Shown: positions 12,480 through 26,669 of the stretch, in pieces
Numbering within the stretch: the stretch's first letter is position 1
How the letters are laid out: each line of letters opens with the position of its first letter
Assembly: GCA_964187785.1 (NCBI GenBank)
Contig: OZ076415.1
Span: forward strand, 15,252,001 to 15,316,000
Length of the DNA stretch: 64,000 nt
Reading direction: 5' to 3'
DNA from: Amphiscolops sp. MND2022
Taxonomy: Eukaryota
Program-made: the position numbers and the translations under genes
The notes under the pieces: generated by a model
What the model was told of the DNA's origin: nothing
Database searches by the model: none
What the model saw: the letters and a program-made list of their open reading frames with translations, nothing else

Positions 12480-13017
12480 GTCCCCGGCTTTCAGGAGCGT
12501 GCAATAAGGGGGGAAGTGGGGAAGGTTGCCTGAATTGAGACGATATTGGCAGAAGGAAGATAGATTGAATTTGTGAGTCATAAGTAAACCACGAAGATTC
12601 TGATAATGAAGACCAGTCGCTGCCCGAGAAATACCCAATCGAATTGTATTGTTTGATACAGGGCTCATTTCTGCCTCATTCGGGCTGTGGAACCACCTGT
12701 TCATGTTTTCGTAGTGGTGGGCTCATAAAGACGTCGTCTGGTATAATTGGGTTAATAGTAGTGAATCTTCTGATTGGTAATGTGTTCTGTTCCGTCATTA
12801 TTATAGATGTCGGGGCTGCTTTATGGTAAAGAACAATGTGTTCTTCCCCTGTATTTATGAGCTCATATACGTCTTGAATAATAGATACGTGCTTGTTATC
12901 TTCATGATTCTCCGGCGTCTTGGGTGTTGATTGTGCCGCGGGGGTTTGTAGAAATGCGTCCTGGTCGTGTTCCAGAATAAAGCATCCGCTCGACAAGTTG
13001 AAATCTAACGAAGTCAT
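12403..13017 (-). pseudogene. Element B small sense ORF crossing the PPT into U3
   Basis: ORF 12676-13017 continues in the same frame past one TGA to ...PESRGLSQPQRCFEEIDQLRTPEEESGEGD* at 12403. Confidence 0.45.
12480..12491 (-). promoter_or_regulatory. Polypurine tract of element B
   Basis: Minus strand AAAGCCGGGGAC directly precedes the TG of the LTR. Confidence 0.65.
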
Positions 13018-13259
13018 TGTATTAGCGATGAAAGTAAGCTAGGTGTGATCATGAGGTTGAGAATTGCGTGTGATGCTGAGCGACTGTTGCAGGAATGGCT
13101 GATTAATTGAATAATAATGCTGTTCTTTTCATAATTGTTCACGTCCCTTGCGTGATTGGGAAAGTTTTCAGCAGGCAGACTGATTGACTTCCATTACGTC
13201 ATAGAAGTAGTAGCTAATATTAATATTCTTCGTTGGTTTTACGCCACCTCTTCGAGTGA

Positions 13260-14930
13260 ATGGTATTTTCAGATTGTTTGTGGAAAAAAGGGATGGCTGA
13301 GTCGACTGATGAGGATGCTGCGCGATTTATGCGTTCGCAAGAAATTGGAGTGTTGGAAAGTGAGTTCGAGTCAGGGGACAATGATGGAGAGAACACTGAG
13401 ACTGAGTTGACTTCTGGAAGAGAACAGGAAGTGGGCAAAGACAATTCTGCTACTGAGGGTCACTTGAGGATCGCAGAGGAGTCAGACGATGCTAGACGTG
13501 AGACGGTAGCTCAGTCCCCTGTGGTTTCTGGGTCTGTTGGTCGACTCGTAGCTGGTTTCGGCCGTATTGACGAGAGTGATAGCGAGCAAGGTGATGTTGA
13601 AGGAGAGGGAAACTGTGACAATTCAGACCATTCTACTGAGAGTGACAATAGACATTCTTTGGACTATCTTTGCGACCGACAGGGTAAGTCACTTAGCTTT
13701 TTCTTAGTTTATGCAGTTTTATGCTAGGCAATCTGGAGCAAGACGGAGACGTTGGTGATAATTGGTCAGACTCTATACCCCCGTGTTCTTCGCCGAGTTC
13801 AAGGATGGGTGAAGGATTCCTTCTTCAGTGTGAGCCTGCGGGAAGACCAGGATGGTTTGCGCTTTTATGTGCATTGTTTTGCTAATGGCACTCTGCGTGA
13901 AGTTTGCGTCTTATGGAATCCCAATTTTCCGGGCCTCTGTGATTCTGAGATTGTTGGTCTGTCGCGGATATTTGCCATCCTACCTGCCGGACAGTCGCCT
14001 GTTTGCCTGCGGGGGTTTTCATTGACTCTCTTCAATGTGGTGACCACTGAGTGGTGTGTTTCGCAGTGTCGGCCCAAACCTGTGTCCATTTCTGAGTACA
14101 CTCCAAAGGTGTTCAAAGAGCATGTCCAGGAAGCGAGCAAAAATGGTTTTAGTGCTTTGGACTGCTTCGCTCTTCTTGAGTATCTGCTATTGCGCTTACA
14201 CCGTGCCTTGAATTAGTCCTGGATGCTTGGACTTTCAACATTGCGGCGATGTATTCAACAGCGAGACCATTTGTCACGAGTTGTTCAAGTGTCCTCAATT
14301 CTGATGGTGCCTCGCGAAGTGTCGTATCCTGAATTGAACATCTCATTGAGTGGTGTGGCTGTTCCGTCGAAGATAGATTCTTACTTCGGCTATTCTGTCT
14401 GTGCAGTCCTACGTTTCCTTCTCTGGCTTCAGTTCTGGGGAATTGTTAACGAAAGACTGTCTGGATGATCTAAAGATCAATCTTCCCGCTGGGAAAAACT
14501 TTATTGAGGATGCTATTTTCTCTCCGTGGACTTCGGTGTATTTAGCATTGCCACCAGGAGTTGTACCGTGGTTTACAGGATTGCTTTGATGCGTAGTTTC
14601 TGGAGCAGATGGACGACTGGCGTCATCGTTTGGGCACCTTGTCGAAATTGTCAATTGCAGGCACTGGTGGTTCGAGCGTTTCTCCATCTGCTGACGCTGC
14701 TGTTGCTGACCCGTAGGATGCTGCCAAGGTGAAAGGGGTTTCTCCGAGAACGCTGCCTCCTTCAAGTGCTGTTGCTGTCAATAAGTCGCTACTGATATGT
14801 AGTCCAGTGAGGTCAAGTGACGTCTTTCGAGTTTCACAGCAGAGACTTCAGGAACGAAAAGAAATGTTGTCCTCTGGTCAGTCGTCGTCGAATGTCTCCA
14901 AGGACAAGAAGAAGGGCAGCAAGCGGTGAT
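13260..14930 (+). pseudogene. Element B antisense accessory gene, hAT-transposase-like core, degenerate
   Basis: An acidic N-terminal ORF (13260-13727), a GTAAGT..TAG intron-like segment (13684-13727), then FSVSLREDQDGLRFYVHCF...CLRGFS...LDCFALLEYLLLRLHRAL, which aligns by eye with the antisense genes of C and D. Confidence 0.55.
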
Positions 14931-15244
14931 GGCTCGTGAATTTGCTGAAACATTGGGCTGTATATTCTTTGTAGTCTGATATTTTATTATTGTTGGCTTT
15001 CGTGGACTTCTTTGTTACGTAGTATGTATGTTTTTGAATGAGCCGAATGTGTGTTAATCGCTTGTAGTTAGTATTGAAGCGAAAAAAAGAAAAATGAATT
15101 TTCGTCCAAAGTGGGCGTGGAGCGTCTTTTAGTATGTTTTGCTCCTTGTATTGTTTTTCTCTCGAGTTCGTGGTTGAGTTTAAAGATTATCCTTCAGAGT
15201 AATTGAATATTCAGTTTTGTAAGATAGCTTCAACGTTTATCGGA

Positions 15245-18200
15245 TTATAATAAGCATAATCCTTTTTCCAGTTCGATGGAGTGTTTGTTGTAATTTGTAT
15301 TTGTTTTTGCGTGGCGAATTGGGTGGCGGGATTTCGTTTTCGGGGTTGTCTGAACCGACGCTAGGTGTTTTGTCATTTGGGTGTTCATCTCGGTGTTCAT
15401 CTCGGTTAGGTGCCGAGAAGGGTTCTCCTGGATCGGGGTGTTAGTGCATCTTTTTGATTGATTTGTTCTTCGGGTGTCACCGGGATGGTTACTGTAGTTC
15501 CTGCTTGAAATGGGGGGTTGGGTATGGTGACAAAATCTTCGGAGTTTGACTGCCATGCTTGGGCGTATAGGTCATCGTGGAAGACATCTACTTCTTTGTC
15601 TGGTATGTAATCTTTAGGTAAGACGGGTTTTTCCGGTAGCGATTTGTCGGTCGGGCATGGTTTCAGACGGATCCTGTGAAGTATTTGCGTATAATTGGTC
15701 TGTAATTTTTGGATAGGGTAATTGTTGTTTGGAAGCACTTTGACGACGACGCATGGACCTGTCCAGAGGTATTCTCTGAATGGGATTTTAGTACTCTGGG
15801 TATTCGCTTTGGGATGTAGTGCGTAGCAGTATTCGTTGACGTGAAGGGGATGAGTTTTTGCTTTTTTGTCGTAATACTGTTTGTATCGTATGTAGGATTG
15901 CATTATGTTTTTGCTCACTGTTTCTTTGATCTGCTGCGTTCTGTGTAGGATGTCCTCTCCTGGGTTTGTTATCGGTGTCGAGTTTCGTCCACTTCGGATG
16001 CCAAACTTGATGTCCAGCACATTGTATGGGATTCTCCCGTGGAACACTCTACTGGGTTCACAACCCAGTGCGGAGTGATACGATGTGTTGTAGTTAAGTG
16101 TTGCTATAGCTACATACAGGTGCCACATCGTTCTCCGTTCGCCCGTTGAGATCTTCAATGACTCGTTTAGGGAGGCGTGACATCGCTCCAAGATTCTAAT
16201 AAATTGGGCGTGTTTGGTTGTGGCATATGTAAGTTGTATGTCTAGGATCCTGGTAGGGTCATGATATCTACAAGGACTCGGGCTACAGTGGGGGCATCCG
16301 TTTTTACTACATTGTACGTGAAAAGGTAGCGAGAGAAGACGTCCATTGCTGTGACGATTGCATTATATTCTCCGGAGGTTTCGTCGAAGGGGACAATATC
16401 CATCTGGAGGGCGTCCTCTGGGCCTAGCGCCACTTTGGACGTGTCGATCATTGGTGGTGTGATGGACCGTTTGTCCGTGCGTTTTGTCTGCATGCATTCG
16501 GTGCATCTGGAGATGTGATGAGCTATCTTGGCTGCCATACCAGGGTAGTAGTACTTTTCCCGACATTGTTGTATCACTTTGGCTTTTCCTGGGTGTTTGC
16601 CTGCTTGTCCATGGTGCGCTAGGATGAATGAGTTGATTAGGTGCTCAGGTAACAGGATCTGTAGGAATTTGACTTTTCCTGCGTGATCGTAGTACTGCCG
16701 GTATATCAGTCCATCTTTTAAGACTATTCTGCTGTCCTGGGCAATGTATCGAGCTGCGCGGGGTTGGCTTGCTAGGAGCTGCTCGTTGTAAGGTTCTTTG
16801 AGCAAGCGGAGTTTTCAGTTTCTCAAGATGTTGTCTTGGTCTTGTTGATGTCGCATAGTTTTTGGTGGGCCGTTGTCTTCACTGGTAGTTTCGGAGTTTG
16901 TTTGGGTTGCTAGTACTTCCGTTTGAAATATGGTGACTTCTTGGTCACTGCCCGTTGTTTCGGTGGTTGTTTCATCTGTATGGGGTTTGGTACTGCTGTT
17001 TTCTTCGATTTTCTTGCGTGCCTGACGTTTGCGTTCCCAGATTTGTTCCTCGGTTTCCGTATCGTCTTTGGGCATGAAGAAGAACTGCTCCTCTTCTGTG
17101 ACGTCGGAGGACTGGATGTTTACCTGAATAGGTGTGGTACGTATGTCTTCTCGTATCATGAGATGGACCTTGTCTTTCGACTGTATGTCGAGGCGGGACA
17201 GAAAGTCCGCGGCTGTGTTCATTTTTCCCGGGACGTGAGCAATGGTGAAGTGGAATTGGAGGACAAAATCGCACGCGTTCCACAAAACTGGAGGGATGAT
17301 TTCTGTCTGGAAAAAGCATGAGGACGACAACCGGTTTGGTTGATTCCCAAAGGATTTGGGTGTATTCCATGAAGGCGAAATAGATGGCCAAGAATTCTTT
17401 CGCGTATATTGACATTTTAATCTGAGATGGCGTGAACATTTTGTAACCGAATGCTACAGGTGCATAAGTTTTCCTGACTGAGGTGACCTTTTCATCTCCC
17501 ATCTCTTCAATCATGAGGGCGTAACCCTCATTTTTGAAGTTGGCATCGGTCATGAGTATGTATTGTCTGTTGGGCATGGGTTGCTTGAGCTACAGGCCGC
17601 GCGCGTTGTCTAAGGGTTTGTTAATATTGTTGAAACTAGTCATGATCTCGTTTGTGATCTTGATGGGTTTTTCGGATCGATGAGTTCGTGGAACGGGGCT
17701 ATTTGTTCGGAAAGTCTTGGGATGTAATTCCTGTATTAGTTAACAAATCCGATGTAGCGTTGGAGGCCTTTTTTTGGTTTTTGGGAATGTTAATCTTTGC
17801 AAATAATTCTTGATCTCATGATCTTATGGAGCGATCCCTTCAGGTGATACTGTTCGCCCAAGGAATTGGACTTGTCAAACGCAATCCTGTATCTCGGACG
17901 CACTGAAAAACCGCACGCAGGTTGGTCTTCAGCTCCTCGGCGTTGTGAGTGGCAATCCCGATGTAGTCGACGTACTGAGCGCATTTGTCAGCTTTGATGA
18001 CTCGATCGAGGTATTTTCTCATGAAGCTCGAGAAGGAGGAGAGGGACCTACTGAGCCCTTGTGCGAGTCGCAGGTACGTAATTGTTCGACTGGCGAAATT
18101 GAAAGCTAGTAGTTCTACCGACTTTTTGTCTGCCATTTGCAAGACGCGATAAGCCTGGGAGCAGTCTAGCTTGCAAAATAACTTCTTTCGGCGAGGTGTT

Positions 18201-20190
18201 GTGCTGCGTCGGAAAGGGTGCTGACTGGGTGGTTGTTGTTCATGTAATCGTCAGCTATTAGATTGGTGATCTTTCTAAGGTCAACTAACAGTCGAAGTCG
18301 CCCATTTGGCTTTCGTTGAGCAAATATGGGGCTAGCGTATTTGCTGAACGGTAGTGTGGTTATGATGCCGTAGTAGTGCATCAGGGGCTAGTTCCACTGT
18401 GAGGTCTTCTTTGAGGTTTACAGGGCAGGGTAGGCTCTGCGTGTAAGCCGGTTGGGCGTTCTTTGGTGCCAGTTTTATTTTAAAGTCATGGTTGACGCCA
18501 ATGTCCAGGCGGTGGCGGGCGAATATGTCATGGTATTCGACGAGTATGTCTTAGATATCTTTTCGGTCTTGGTCGTCTTATTGAGAATCATCCCTTCAAA
18601 ATATTCGAGGAATTTTTGTCTGTCTTCTTGGCAGGTTGTGGCGTTCAGTTTCTGGATTTCTTCCAATTCTTCTATCTCCCTTAGGATCCTTTTTTGGACG
18701 GGAGTGTGAGAGGAGGGGTCACCAGGATTTTCCGTGTCCGGGGTTGGGAACCAGAACTGTTGGGACGTTTTGGGTTTTTCCGTAGTTTTCAGGAGTTCAT
18801 TGACATATGCAAGTGCTTGTTCCGAATCGTCCTCAGTTAGGAATTTTAATGCTGCTACGGAAAAAGGTTTATTGTTTTTAGCTTCATTTGGTGTTGTAAT
18901 GTGGAATTCGGTCACGACTGAGTTCTTCTTGATGGTGAATGGTGTGGGTGAGGTAATTGTAATTCGGATGTGCATTTTCATCTCGTGGGCTGTGGATAGC
19001 GAGCTGGCTAGCACTATTGGTTTGTCTTCTGCATAGGCTGGCGTTGGGTGGTGTCTTCAATTGATTTGATGTTGAACAGGGCTTCGACAGTGATGCATTG
19101 GTCAGGGGCCAACGTTGTTTGGTTGAGGATGATCACTTTGAGTGGTTTTGTTGGCTGCTCGTCAGATGCAGGGTTTATTGCGTAGGTTAAGTGGGAGAAA
19201 TTTAGGAGTCCCTGGCTGGCATCTAGGATGCCGCTGTTGTTTTTTAGGAAGGTAAGGCCTAGGATGGGACCTGTGATCTTACTGGTTACGGTGAACGTTT
19301 CTTTGAACGTCCAGTCGCCAATTTCAAACTGTACTTCAATTGTTTTAGTTGGGGTTCTATATCGCCATTTGAGACTTGCAGTTTGAAGGGCGGTGGGTCA
19401 GTTGTTGGGACTCATGTTTTTTTTATTTTTTGGTATTCATTCTCGGGCATGCAGTTGACCAGGGCTCCCGAGTCATTGCGAGCGTCCATCGAGAAGTGTT
19501 GGAAATCCATTGGTGCAAATAGCATGCGTCTCTTCGGTTTTTCTGTTTAAGGGCGATTGCGGAGAATAGCGGTAGATATTGTTCCCCTGTTGTATTGTTT
19601 GTGGTGGTGATGTTTGCTAGTTGGCTTGGATCTAGCTGTAGTACCGAGTTGTGATCATCTTGTTGAATATTTCAAGGTTTGGAGTCATTGCTGGTATTGG
19701 GCTGAGGTTTCTGGTCGAACTCGCATGTTAGTGCCATTTGATGCGCCTTGTTTATCGGGTTGGGGCGGCAATGGTTTGATTTGCAGGGGTGGTGGGGGAG
19801 TCCCCGGCTTTGTGTGCGTCTGGCACTTTGGTGTTTGAGATTTCTGGTTGTTTTGTCCTTTCGTTTATCAGGTGTTCTGGACTTTGGGGAGATAAAGGTG
19901 ATGATGTCATCGCTGCCAGGTTTTCGTTTATGTGTGAAAGTGGTGACCTCTTCTCGGTTAGGCGGGAGATGTGCGGTTTGAGTATTGACCTGTGTTGTAC
20001 CGCAGGTCGTGTGACAATAACTTGTATCTGTGTATCTCCGGATCGTTGTCCTCAGTTTGGTATGCTGGTGAATGACTATCATTGTCGACATCTTTCCTCT
20101 CGGTGATGTCTAAGTTCATGTTCGTTTTCTTAACGAAATCAGGGAAGGGTACGTTGATCGTCTCTTTGAAGGCTAGAGTCACTTGGTCAT
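15245..20190 (-). pseudogene. pol: Element B pol (PR-RT-RH-IN), multiple frameshifts
   Basis: AFNFASRTITYLRLAQGL...QYVDYI; TDANF..SIYAKEFLAIYFAFME; HGQAGKHPG..CTEC; QMDIVP; ERCHASL; WTGPCVVVKVL; C-terminal SPRKNKY motif. Confidence 0.92.
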
Positions 20191-20191
20191 A

Positions 20192-21557
20192 TTAGTCAGG
20201 GTTGTGGTACGGGTCACAGCCGTAGTCTGGACCATGTATGTAGGTGTCAGGAGCAGAACAAGGTGGAAGGGGGCGTCTAGTTGAGTTGTACAGTTGACGG
20301 TTCTCGTGGTACCATTCTGGGTATTGTAGTTTGTTGATGGTGGATTTATTGAACTTTATGAGGCGCCTTATGAGCCATCTCCGCTGCCAGTCGGTCGATG
20401 GCTCACCGGAACACTCTGCGAACATTTCTAAATCATGGTTCTTCTGGGGTTCAGATATGGTGTAGTATCTGTAGTCGATGTAATCCCCGAAGCGAAGACG
20501 TGGCTTTAGAAGTTCATTGGTTCGGTATCTGTTGGTGCCATGGTTTGTTGCTGCTGCATTGGGGTGGCTTGTGATTGTTGGGGGTATCGGGATATTGTTT
20601 GGTGGTGTTGTCTTGTGTGTTTCCCACCACGGGCGGTTTGCCCAATTTGCTCCGGAGTAGCAACCTTTGGTCTCATGGCTCATTTTTCCACATGTTTCAC
20701 ACGGTGTAGTTTGGGCTGGGTTTTGATTCCTTTGGGATCGTTTGTCCCTGTTGGTCTTGCGACAGGGTCGTAGCAAGTATCCTGGGTTGCCACACGCGAA
20801 ACATGTTCCTGTTGTCTTGGGAGGTTTCTCTTGTTGTTGTTGTTGTAGGTTTGGTTCGAGGTTGTGTAACCCTTTAATGAACGGGCTGCCAGTAGTGGCC
20901 AGTCCGTTGAGTTCCATATCCTTCTCCAGATGTTGTACCATGGTTTCGTATGATTCTGTTTCGAGTCGGGCTTGGTTTAAAACTCTCTTGATGTGGGGTG
21001 GCATCTTGGCATAGAAGGAAGTCTCTATGAAACGGGGGGCATCTTCTCCAGAGGCCTCCTGGGCCAACTTCTGATACTGTTTTAAAAAACCTGGAAATGT
21101 TTGTTGGCTTGGGTTGAATGACAATTTTTCCCATTTGCAGCGGGCTGTTGCCACTGATTGTTGTCTCACGTATCGACAGCGGAAGCCTGCGAGGATGTCG
21201 TTGAGGTGTCCTTGTGTTGATTTGGTCATATTTCTGACTGTTTTCAATGCTTCGCCCCTCAGGAGGGAATGGAAATAATGTATTATTTCTTCTTCTGTGA
21301 TGTTCGGCTATACTTTGAGGCTTTCTGAAAAAGGTCCTCAAAGTGCTCAAATTTGTCTGTTTTACCGTCGAATGTTGGCATGGTGGTGGACATGGCCTTG
21401 GGTATCCTGGGGACACCAGAGTTGTGGTTGGTTGCCGTTTGCAACGATTGTAGTAATTTGTCAATGATATCATCGGGGTACCTCTAGTTTGGAGGTGGTA
21501 GGCTTGATGATCGTTGATGGTTGTTTCCTTGATTGTTCGTGGATACTCCTGTCACCA
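20192..21557 (-). pseudogene. gag: Element B gag
   Basis: YVRQQSVATARCKWEKL..FYAKMPPHIKRVLNQARLE..HLEKDMELNGL, with two knuckles CFACGNPGYLLRPC and CETCGKMSHETKGC. Confidence 0.9.
21546..21557 (-). promoter_or_regulatory. PBS TGGTGACAGGAG of element B
   Basis: Directly follows the terminal CA of the LTR and is read in frame as NEYSN-MVTG-VS. Confidence 0.85.
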
Positions 21558-23703
21558 TGTTGGAGTACTCGTTACTTGGTCCGGGAATATCGACTCGTTC
21601 CGGTGTAGTAACTCCTTGCAAATTGCTGTTAATTGCGGTTCTACAGCTGAGGCAGTCAGGTTCCAATGATCTCGGGTTAGACAAACTGTCTCCTTTCGCA
21701 GACAAGTTTTCTATTAGTTTGAGGATTCCCCTCTGAGAATGTTCAGTACCCTCTCAAGCGCTTAAACACTTTATTCTCAACTTTGCTAGATATATCTTTG
21801 AAATCTTGCTCTGAGATACAATTGTTTTCGTCAGTCTGTAAACTAGACTCATCTGCTAACTCATGATCATCTGGAGGATCTCTTCTCAGTTTTCTTTTCT
21901 GAGACCTTTCAAGCGTATTGACGGAAACTGTTTAGTTATCAAGATTTTAATTACCCAACGGGTTCCAACTGGTCGAAAAATTCTGAAGGTTTCTCAAACG
22001 ACTATTTCAAAAGGACAAGTTTGCTTGATTAGGGTGAAGCAACAAAATATAAACAACTTGGAGTTGACAAAATAACAAACAAGGTTGAAGTGAAATATCA
22101 TCGCTAGCAATTTCAAAAGAGTTGCCTTTTAGGACAAAAACTGCTCCCAGAGAGTGAGGCTTTTCAAAACGAAATTCAACAAATAACACTTTTAACCAGC
22201 GTCGGGTATATTTATACTTTTCGCTAGACACACGGGATAAATCCCGCGCGTGAACTCACACCTCGTTCCACTCGGCTTCCTTCCAAGGCGGGAAAAATTC
22301 GAATTAGTAAAGGTTCCTCGGGATTCGGCATTCGGCTTCATCTCACTTCAAGAAAAGTGGGAATTCACTTCCTGCCGAAATCCCGATTCTGCGTTCCTTC
22401 TCCTTCATTTTCCGCCAATTTTTGACGTTGAGTACAAAGTTGGCAATGGAAGTTCATGAACCTAGCAACTGACGCGGGAAAAGCTACTAAGTTTACATCG
22501 AAACAGAATGGGAATTAATCACAGATATCAAAAATTATGAAATAAGTACATTTTCCAATTCAAAATGTTAATCAAATACTCTTCAGAACCAAAATTTCTA
22601 TACTAATTGAACATTTAATTATCTTGGTCACACACCCGGTAGTCCATTCTAGTCTAAGTCAACTGAACGGTCGACTAGAATGTTGACTCAGAATTGCTAG
22701 AACGAGTTTCACTATTAGTAGAACGTTTAACAAAACGGCACATTAGGGTGGGTAATACGTAACGGGGGAATAGTAGTACTGCATTGGTGATTGTGAGTAA
22801 CGTACATGTTTAAATTACCTGGTTTCATCACTTCTACGAAAGAATGAAGTTTAAATCGCCGGGGAAGGAACTGGGGTGTCATTCTGGATTCAAGCAAATG
22901 TATTTCACACTTGGTATCTCATGAATAGTATTACGGCACATTTGACTACTTACAAATTCAATTAGGATCGTATAAGTATTACACATTGTACATGGATCAT
23001 AACAAATCTTTAGGACAGTGATATAGGCAACTGAGAGTTATTTTCAAATTTGTATAGTTGTGGGGTTGCCTGGGTGGTTGACTCAAAATTAGTATTATTA
23101 AGTCTGTTCATTAGCGTCGATTTTGCATAATTAGGTGATTATTCCATCGTTTACATGCAAGTTCTATCGTATTTCAGCTTCTTTTAAGCTGGGATTGCAT
23201 TACGGTTAGCACAGAATGTCGATTATCGAAGCCAACTTTATTAAATATTATTTCGAGCGACTGGGCGGTCGTCCAAGATTTCGGTCGACTGGAGAGTTGT
23301 CTAGGATGATTACTCCGCTAGCGCTGTTCATTTGCGCTAATCGCTGATTAGTTGATTTATGAGAGATTGAAAATTGATTCGTTTAGCTCCGCTGTTATTG
23401 AGGCAGTAAGTTAGTCCGGTATGCTGATTGGATTAATTCCACTCGTCGCACCGGCTATTGTACTGTAAACAAATCACTTTTATAGCACTTAATATTATTT
23501 AGGTTCTTGCATATTTTATGTATTTTAGGTATCGCACTGGGATCGATTTGTTAATATTATTTAAATAAATGTTTAGTTGTTCTATGTGTTAGTGGATGTT
23601 TGTTGGTTTAGTTGTTTCAGGTTCTCATGTTGTTATTTTAGTCATCTTCTCCACTTTCCTCCTCAGGCGTTCTCAACTGATCTATTTCCTCACAGCACCG
23701 CTT
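21558..23703 (-). repeat. Element B 5' LTR (outer ~11-20 bp altered)
   Basis: A visibly diverged copy of 10335-12468. Homology stops at GCACCGCT (23703); a possible terminal ctatgaca lies at 23718-23725. Confidence 0.88.
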
Positions 23704-23774
23704 CGGGAGAAGTTGCACTATGACAAAAAATATTAAGGTGGCGTTTTTGCCTGCAAATTCTTTCGTTTCTGATG

Positions 23775-25555
23775 TGTCAGCCAGCTACCCTTGCGAGGTG
23801 TCCGGAGTGCAACATCGCTGAGCAGATCAACTTCCTGCACGCAATCACCAAACACCCTACAGCAAACAATTATGGCCCAAGAGACATGAACTTTCAAACC
23901 TTTTTACAAACTTTCATGTTCATTTTAAATATGTGTCCATTTGGATATTGTGTCCATTGCCTTAATTTTGAAGCCGAAGATTTCGGCAAAGTATGTAAAA
24001 GTTGATGTTCTTTGTTGTGTTGATTTTGTAGCCTAATTCTGTTGATGATCGACTCTAAAAAGAGCAAAGTGTATGAATCAATTAAAAAATAACTAAATAG
24101 CGACTTAACCGTTGCCTGAAACGAACCCATTCCCAGTTTTATTACACGAATTAGCGATATGAAGTTATGATTGATGTATTTACTGTCTCCTGTAATGCTA
24201 CAGCATATATGCAGTAATTATGCAGAAAATACCCAAAACCAGTATATTGATGTACCTTGGATGTAGTATAGTGAACATACACAAATTGTGCTGACAAGTT
24301 ATACTGCACTATGCAGTTTGCATAAAACAGTATATGCGCTTTTAATGGGAAAACAGTATGATGATTACACATGTGTTCAAGCATCCGTTCCACTCTGCCG
24401 TATGAGGAAATTCTACAAAACCAGCATGATGGAAATACAGGACTCAAACTGGTGCTCAAGTGTTCTGACGTACTATGAAGATTATGCAGAAATATCAGGA
24501 GAACGGAATGATGATTAAAAATTAGACCAGCATGAGAACAACCTGTGCAGCGGCGCTAGTTCATTATACTGCACTATGCCATTTTTATTAGACAGCATAT
24601 GCGGAATTATAGTAACAAGCAGAATAAATCGCATATTATGCTACGGTATTCCGAATGCAATACAGTGCTATATTTAGACTTTCCAGGGACATGACGTAAT
24701 GATGTATTATTAACCTCTGACCCTAGAAATATGACGTTATGATGATTCAGATAAAATTGGTGGTCATGCTACCAAATATAACACCCAATGAAGTCATTTT
24801 TTGAAGGAACTTCAAAATTAGTTTTCCATATAGTCATTCAACAAAAATCTCTTGCACCATACAGTCACTCAATTCCGTAAACAACCCACAAGTCCCCAAA
24901 TTTTGCAGTTCTCTTGCTCTGTAAAGATAACTTCTACAGTTTCTTTCCACCCAAATATCTTTGTAATTCAAAGGTTTACACACACAACACCATTTTCATC
25001 ATGGGAAACAAGAGAAAAAGACGGCCAAGGAGAGTAGAATCTCAGTCATCAGACAGAGACGAAAATGTTTCAGAAGCAAGCTTCACTCAAGGTAACGCGA
25101 CTTTAGTTGATGTATCTGAAAATGTTAACAACATTTTGACAGGAACTTAGGTAGCGAATTAACGGAACCGTCACAAATCAGCAACGAGATAGAAATAATT
25201 ACCGAGAGATTGTCTGAACAAAACAGTCACAAGATGACACAAATTGAACAACAACTGAATAGCAAACTCGAAAAAATTCTTAAAGAAATTGAAACAAACA
25301 AAGGGAGCAATTTAGGAGATGATGAAGAGGATGCCGAGGATGATAGGCCTAGCACTTCAAAGTCAGGAAATAAACATCTCAGGAGAAAACACGCATCAAA
25401 CAACGAAATTAATAGAGATAAAAATCAAGATAATCGCTTTCAGTCCTCAGAGATGCATGAACTAAGGCAACCGCCAACCCCATTTGGGATCGCAAACGTA
25501 ACACTAGATGATAAAATCATCATAAGCAAAAATGGACAGGAAACCGAATATCACA
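23775..25555 (+). repeat. Element C 5' LTR
   Basis: Starts TGTCAGCCAGCTACCC, ends TATCACA, and is homologous to 41088-42772. Confidence 0.85.
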
Positions 25556-26669
25556 CGGTGACAGGACCTACCAAGAACATCCTTAGACAAAGTTCCACTA
25601 ACTCTAAGACAACAAATGCACCTGGACCAAATACAGGACTACTTGTCGAGCATCCTGAACCAACAGACCCTGTAAGTCAGATTGCCCAAGCAATCGAAAA
25701 ACTCGCACGAAAGAACACAAAACCTTCTCTTTTTCACCCGAAAAACACCCTTACCTTCAATGGCAAACTAGAGAAGAACGAGAAGTTCGAATACTTCAAA
25801 GATCTGTTCCATACAACACTTACAATGCAGCCACATCTCACTGTAGAGATGAAAATTAATCACTTCCACGCCCATCTCAGAGGATTAGCACTGAAAACTT
25901 TTAAGAACATACAAAGAACCCCCTTAACAACACTTGAAGACATCTTAGTATTCTTCCGCAGAAAGTATGTTAAGCCCGAATCTAGTGCTTGGGCAAAACA
26001 TAGATTCAACAGGCTAATGATCCAACCTGAAAACCAGAAACTACCCGACTTTCTTGAAGACCTACAAGAAAGCGCGGAAAAAGCCTTTGGGGAAGCAGCA
26101 CCTCAGATGATCGAAAACCTGATATACGCCAAAATGCCTTCTCATCTTAAAAAGTCAATCAACCACGCGTACCTCGAAAATGGTACATATGAACAAATTG
26201 TACGACATTAGAACGAGAAATGGAACTCAATGGACTCGAAGCAGACAAGCCCCTAGTAAAGACGAAAATGACAGTTGTCAAACAACAACCTAGCGCACAA
26301 AACACTAAACCAACGTCACAAATCACTAAATCAAAAACCAAAACTCCAAACACAGTTCCCAACAACACACTTCAGAACAACCAATGTCGATATTGCAAAG
26401 AAGAAGGTCACATAGCAGAAGAGTGCCCTAAACTTGTAAAACTACTGAAAATGGACGAAGATCCAGACGCACCAAGATGTTCACACTGTAACACCCCAGG
26501 TCATGAGGAACCTAATTGTAATTGTTATTTTGGAGCAAACATGGGAAACCGTCCTCCCAAGTGGACCTTAACTGAAACTCAACAAAAACTCATTGAGGAG
26601 TATAAAAAGTCCAACAAGCCCATTAATCCACGGAACCCAAAACCTTCGTCATCGAAGGATTTAAACTAG
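25001..26669 (+). pseudogene. gag: Element C gag, copy 1 (starts inside the LTR; frameshifts)
   Basis: MGNKRKRRPRR...; TFNGKLEKNEKFEYFKDLFHTTLTMQP..INHFHAHLRG..RKYVKPES; knuckles CRYCKEEGHIAEEC and CSHCNTPGHEEPNC. Confidence 0.9.

Larger units (their letters stand above)
10335..23703 (-). mobile_element. Element B: degenerate Ty3/gypsy LTR retrotransposon with extra ORFs (~13.4 kb)
   Basis: Long direct repeats at 10335-12479 and 21558-~23703, PBS 21546-21557, PPT 12480-12491, and gag/pol on the minus strand. No TSD is recoverable and the outer end of the 5' LTR is altered. Confidence 0.9.
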
